A stretch of DNA of 63,737 bases, counting the filler, from Hausera hauseri (taxonomy: Eukaryota), in assembly GCA_046269625.1 (NCBI GenBank). It is 12 parts of 12 records of this genome, joined end to end, with 100 filler letters (N's around TTAATTAATTAA, not from the genome) between each part and the next. Parts side by side here need not be neighbours in the genome. Positions count along the whole stretch, not along the records: positions 59,646 to 63,737 come from JBJURY010767652.1; 11 more parts are not named here. One strand, written 5' to 3'. Below the pieces are notes generated by a model, which saw only the letters and a program-made list of their open reading frames with translations, was not told where the DNA came from and did not search any database. Positions 61,320 through 63,737 of this stretch are shown one piece after another. The translations under genes and the position numbers were made by a program. Positions within the stretch are counted from its first letter, which is position 1, and every line of letters begins with the position of its first letter.

Positions 61320-61990
61320 ACTTAGGTAATATTCCCTGCAAACTAGCACTGAAAAAATTGCTTCTATGTGCGTAGCTGTTTACTTAAGTATGCCAGCTGT
61401 TGTGTTCGTGTATTTAAATATGATTGGACAATTTCTTGGAAACATAATTTCATTATAAACGCAGCTCTCACCATATATCAGAAGTAAGTCTTATATTCAT
61501 AACATTTTAGCAATGAATTGTGAACGAGAGTTTTACCGCTTTTTTACTGAGACTATAAAAAGAAATGATTTTGATGCAGTCAATTCATCAGTATTTGATC
61601 CATGCATGGGGTGGTAATTCTCCATAACTGGCAACAGTATATCGGCATTATTCAAAGCTTGAGGCTTCCGCAACGGATGAACAACGTTCATTGTGACCAC
61701 GAACAAGTATTATCCCCAAAAATATTCAAGCTGTTCGAGATTTATTGAATAATGACCGCCATGTAACAGTTGAAGAAATTTCTCAATACTTATTGATCGT
61801 TATTGGCTCTGCTCATTCAATATCGCGTAACCTGAACATGACATGTGTGTAGTGTGTGTATTCTTTTTGGGATCAAAGTGAAGAAACAATTTTGCTAATT
61901 CTGACGAGTTGAACAATTTCCTCCGCAATATCATCGGGTGTATTGATAAGGAGCAATTTATGCATTAATGTGATCGACTGTTAATGGATT
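61320..61990 (+). mobile_element. Highly decayed mariner remnant
   Basis: PRTSIIPKNIQAVRDLLNNDRHVTVEEISQ...IGSAHSI (mariner HTH); internally deleted. Confidence 0.6.
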
Positions 61991-62947
61991 TATTACTAAT
62001 TATTGACTCAAACGTAAGTTTGCATGTAAATATGTTTGCTTTTTCTGTTGTTATTTTTCTCAAAATTTTTTGAATTACCTAAGTATTATTTTTATGACAG
62101 TTTACAAAAAAGTAAAAAATTCCATTTTGTTTGTTTCTTCATGGCCCTCAAAAATAGTACGGAATGCCATAAAATTCCCCAAAGAATCTCGCAGAATATA
62201 CTCTGAGATTACGGGTTGCTTTACAAACAAGCAAAGAGAAAAATCCAGCAGCAGTAGCACTGACTTGTTGTTCAACGAAGAAAAGGAAGCCCATCGCTAA
62301 TCATTAAATTACATTTACGACATTGACGAAACGGATACGAATTTCATACAGGGGAAAATCTTTTTCCTCATAATTGACATTTTATTTATTTTATTTTGTG
62401 TGATAGAACCCGGCTGAGTTTGACTGGTAAACAGAACGATGAAGTGAATCAAATAGGGATATAATAGAACGGAAGCTAGCTAACAAGAAATTTTCGAATT
62501 TCATTCATTGTTCACTTTACTTTTTCATTTTGGGAAATTTTCTTCTCTGAATTTATGACAATCAATATGGGAATTTTGCTCGGTGATTTAATANNNNNNN
62601 NNNGTTTCACCACTGTAACACATAATGTGAAGAGCTTTCTGATCATACAAACAATGCTCGGTTAAGTAGAAATATCATTAGTAGCAAATTCATGAAATTG
62701 AACTTTGGACTGCAAGATTTATTGAATAGTTATGTAAATGACTGAGTCAAAGTAAAATTCAAACGATATATCAATAATCGATATATCAATATCATATGTA
62801 TGCTAGCATTGAATGAGAGAAAATGAATCCTATTTTGTTGCAGTCATTATTTTGACATGGAGTATTTTTGATCAATGATAAAAATTCACCGAAATGAATG
62901 TTATTAGTATTGTATTATTATCATTATTATTATTATTTTATCATTAG

Positions 62948-63286
62948 GCAATGGAACTGTAGAATTTAACGAATTTGTGGTCATGATGAAACATTACTCA
63001 AGGCTCAAGTTTGAAGTTAATGATACAGACTCAGATGATTCCGATATCTATGATGCATTTAAAGTAAGTTATACGCTGATTGTTTTTGGGGTCCGGATAA
63101 TTTTGATACAGCCTTATTTGTTTATTTATTTTAATTAGGCGTTCGATCACAATGGAGACGGTTTCATAGACTCTGATGAAATCAAAAGAACGATGACCGC
63201 ACTCGGTGAAAGCATTTCAGACAAGGATGTTTCTGCAATGATCGGTGAAGCAGATGTTGATAAAGATGGGAAAATCGATTTTGAGG
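62948..63286 (+). CDS. Calmodulin-like EF-hand protein, internal exons 62948-63063 and 63139-63286
   Basis: GNGTVEFNEF, AFKAFDHNGDGFIDSDE and EADVDKDGKIDFE, joined by a 75-nt GT-AG intron. Confidence 0.85.
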
Positions 63287-63737
63287 GTCATAATTTTGTT
63301 TTGAATTTTATAGAACTTTGATGGTAAACGTTGATTATGTAATCGGTGACGTGTTAAATGATAATAACTGTTGAAATCAACTAATTTCCCGTGTCTCTAA
63401 ATGTCCTATAAGATGGCATGAGGACAGAAGCTTTCAGAAAAACAAATACTAATATTTATGTTATGAGTCAAATATGAATGGTCGAAAAATGACCAAAATT
63501 TTGTTAATTCTCAAATTCGTCTGTTTGTTGGGGGAAATTGAAGAAGTGCGAAATTAAATAACATTTAGAAGTCTATATTGCACAATCTAGTTATGTGCTA
63601 TTCCTGGTAGTAAGAGAACTAGAAAATTCCATATGAATTTATATTTCAAATATAATTGACATTATTCAAACAAATTATCTTATATTTTCTAACTTCCCTC
63701 TCCCGCCGTTTTGTTGTTTGACGTCACTCTTTTCAAC

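Overview
This window is not one locus. It is 12 eukaryotic contigs joined by 100-nt linkers (N44-TTAATTAATTAA-N44), so adjacency across linkers means nothing. Most contigs come from an AT-rich invertebrate-like genome with very short introns (40-67 nt). One contig (55304-59545) looks vertebrate/teleost-like. The content is mostly mobile DNA: mariner and Tc1 relics; an 8.35-kb P-superfamily (THAP) transposon with an intact spliced 939-aa transposase whose intron holds a hAT MITE and a solo LTR; two decayed Polinton/adintovirus-type protein-primed DNA polymerases; BEL/Pao and Ty3/Gypsy elements; and a class III-like ERV relic. Host-type sequences include a 4-exon SOUL gene, calmodulin-like exons, unc-5-like exons, PPP6R/PITRM1/TUT/DPAGT1 fragments and a Notch-like TM-ankyrin ORF. 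Best candidates for novelty: (1) a Gypsy family whose Gag starts with a ubiquitin-like domain ending in RLRGG, seen in two diverged copies; (2) a short non-autonomous element with Polinton-type AGTAGT ends and a 6-bp TSD (two copies, one with a Kunitz-like ORF); (3) an intact 625-aa retroviral env next to a heavily deleted pol; (4) an in-frame TUTase-DPAGT1 chimera attached to a PITRM1 pseudogene. All family assignments rest on manual motif recognition; no database searches were run.
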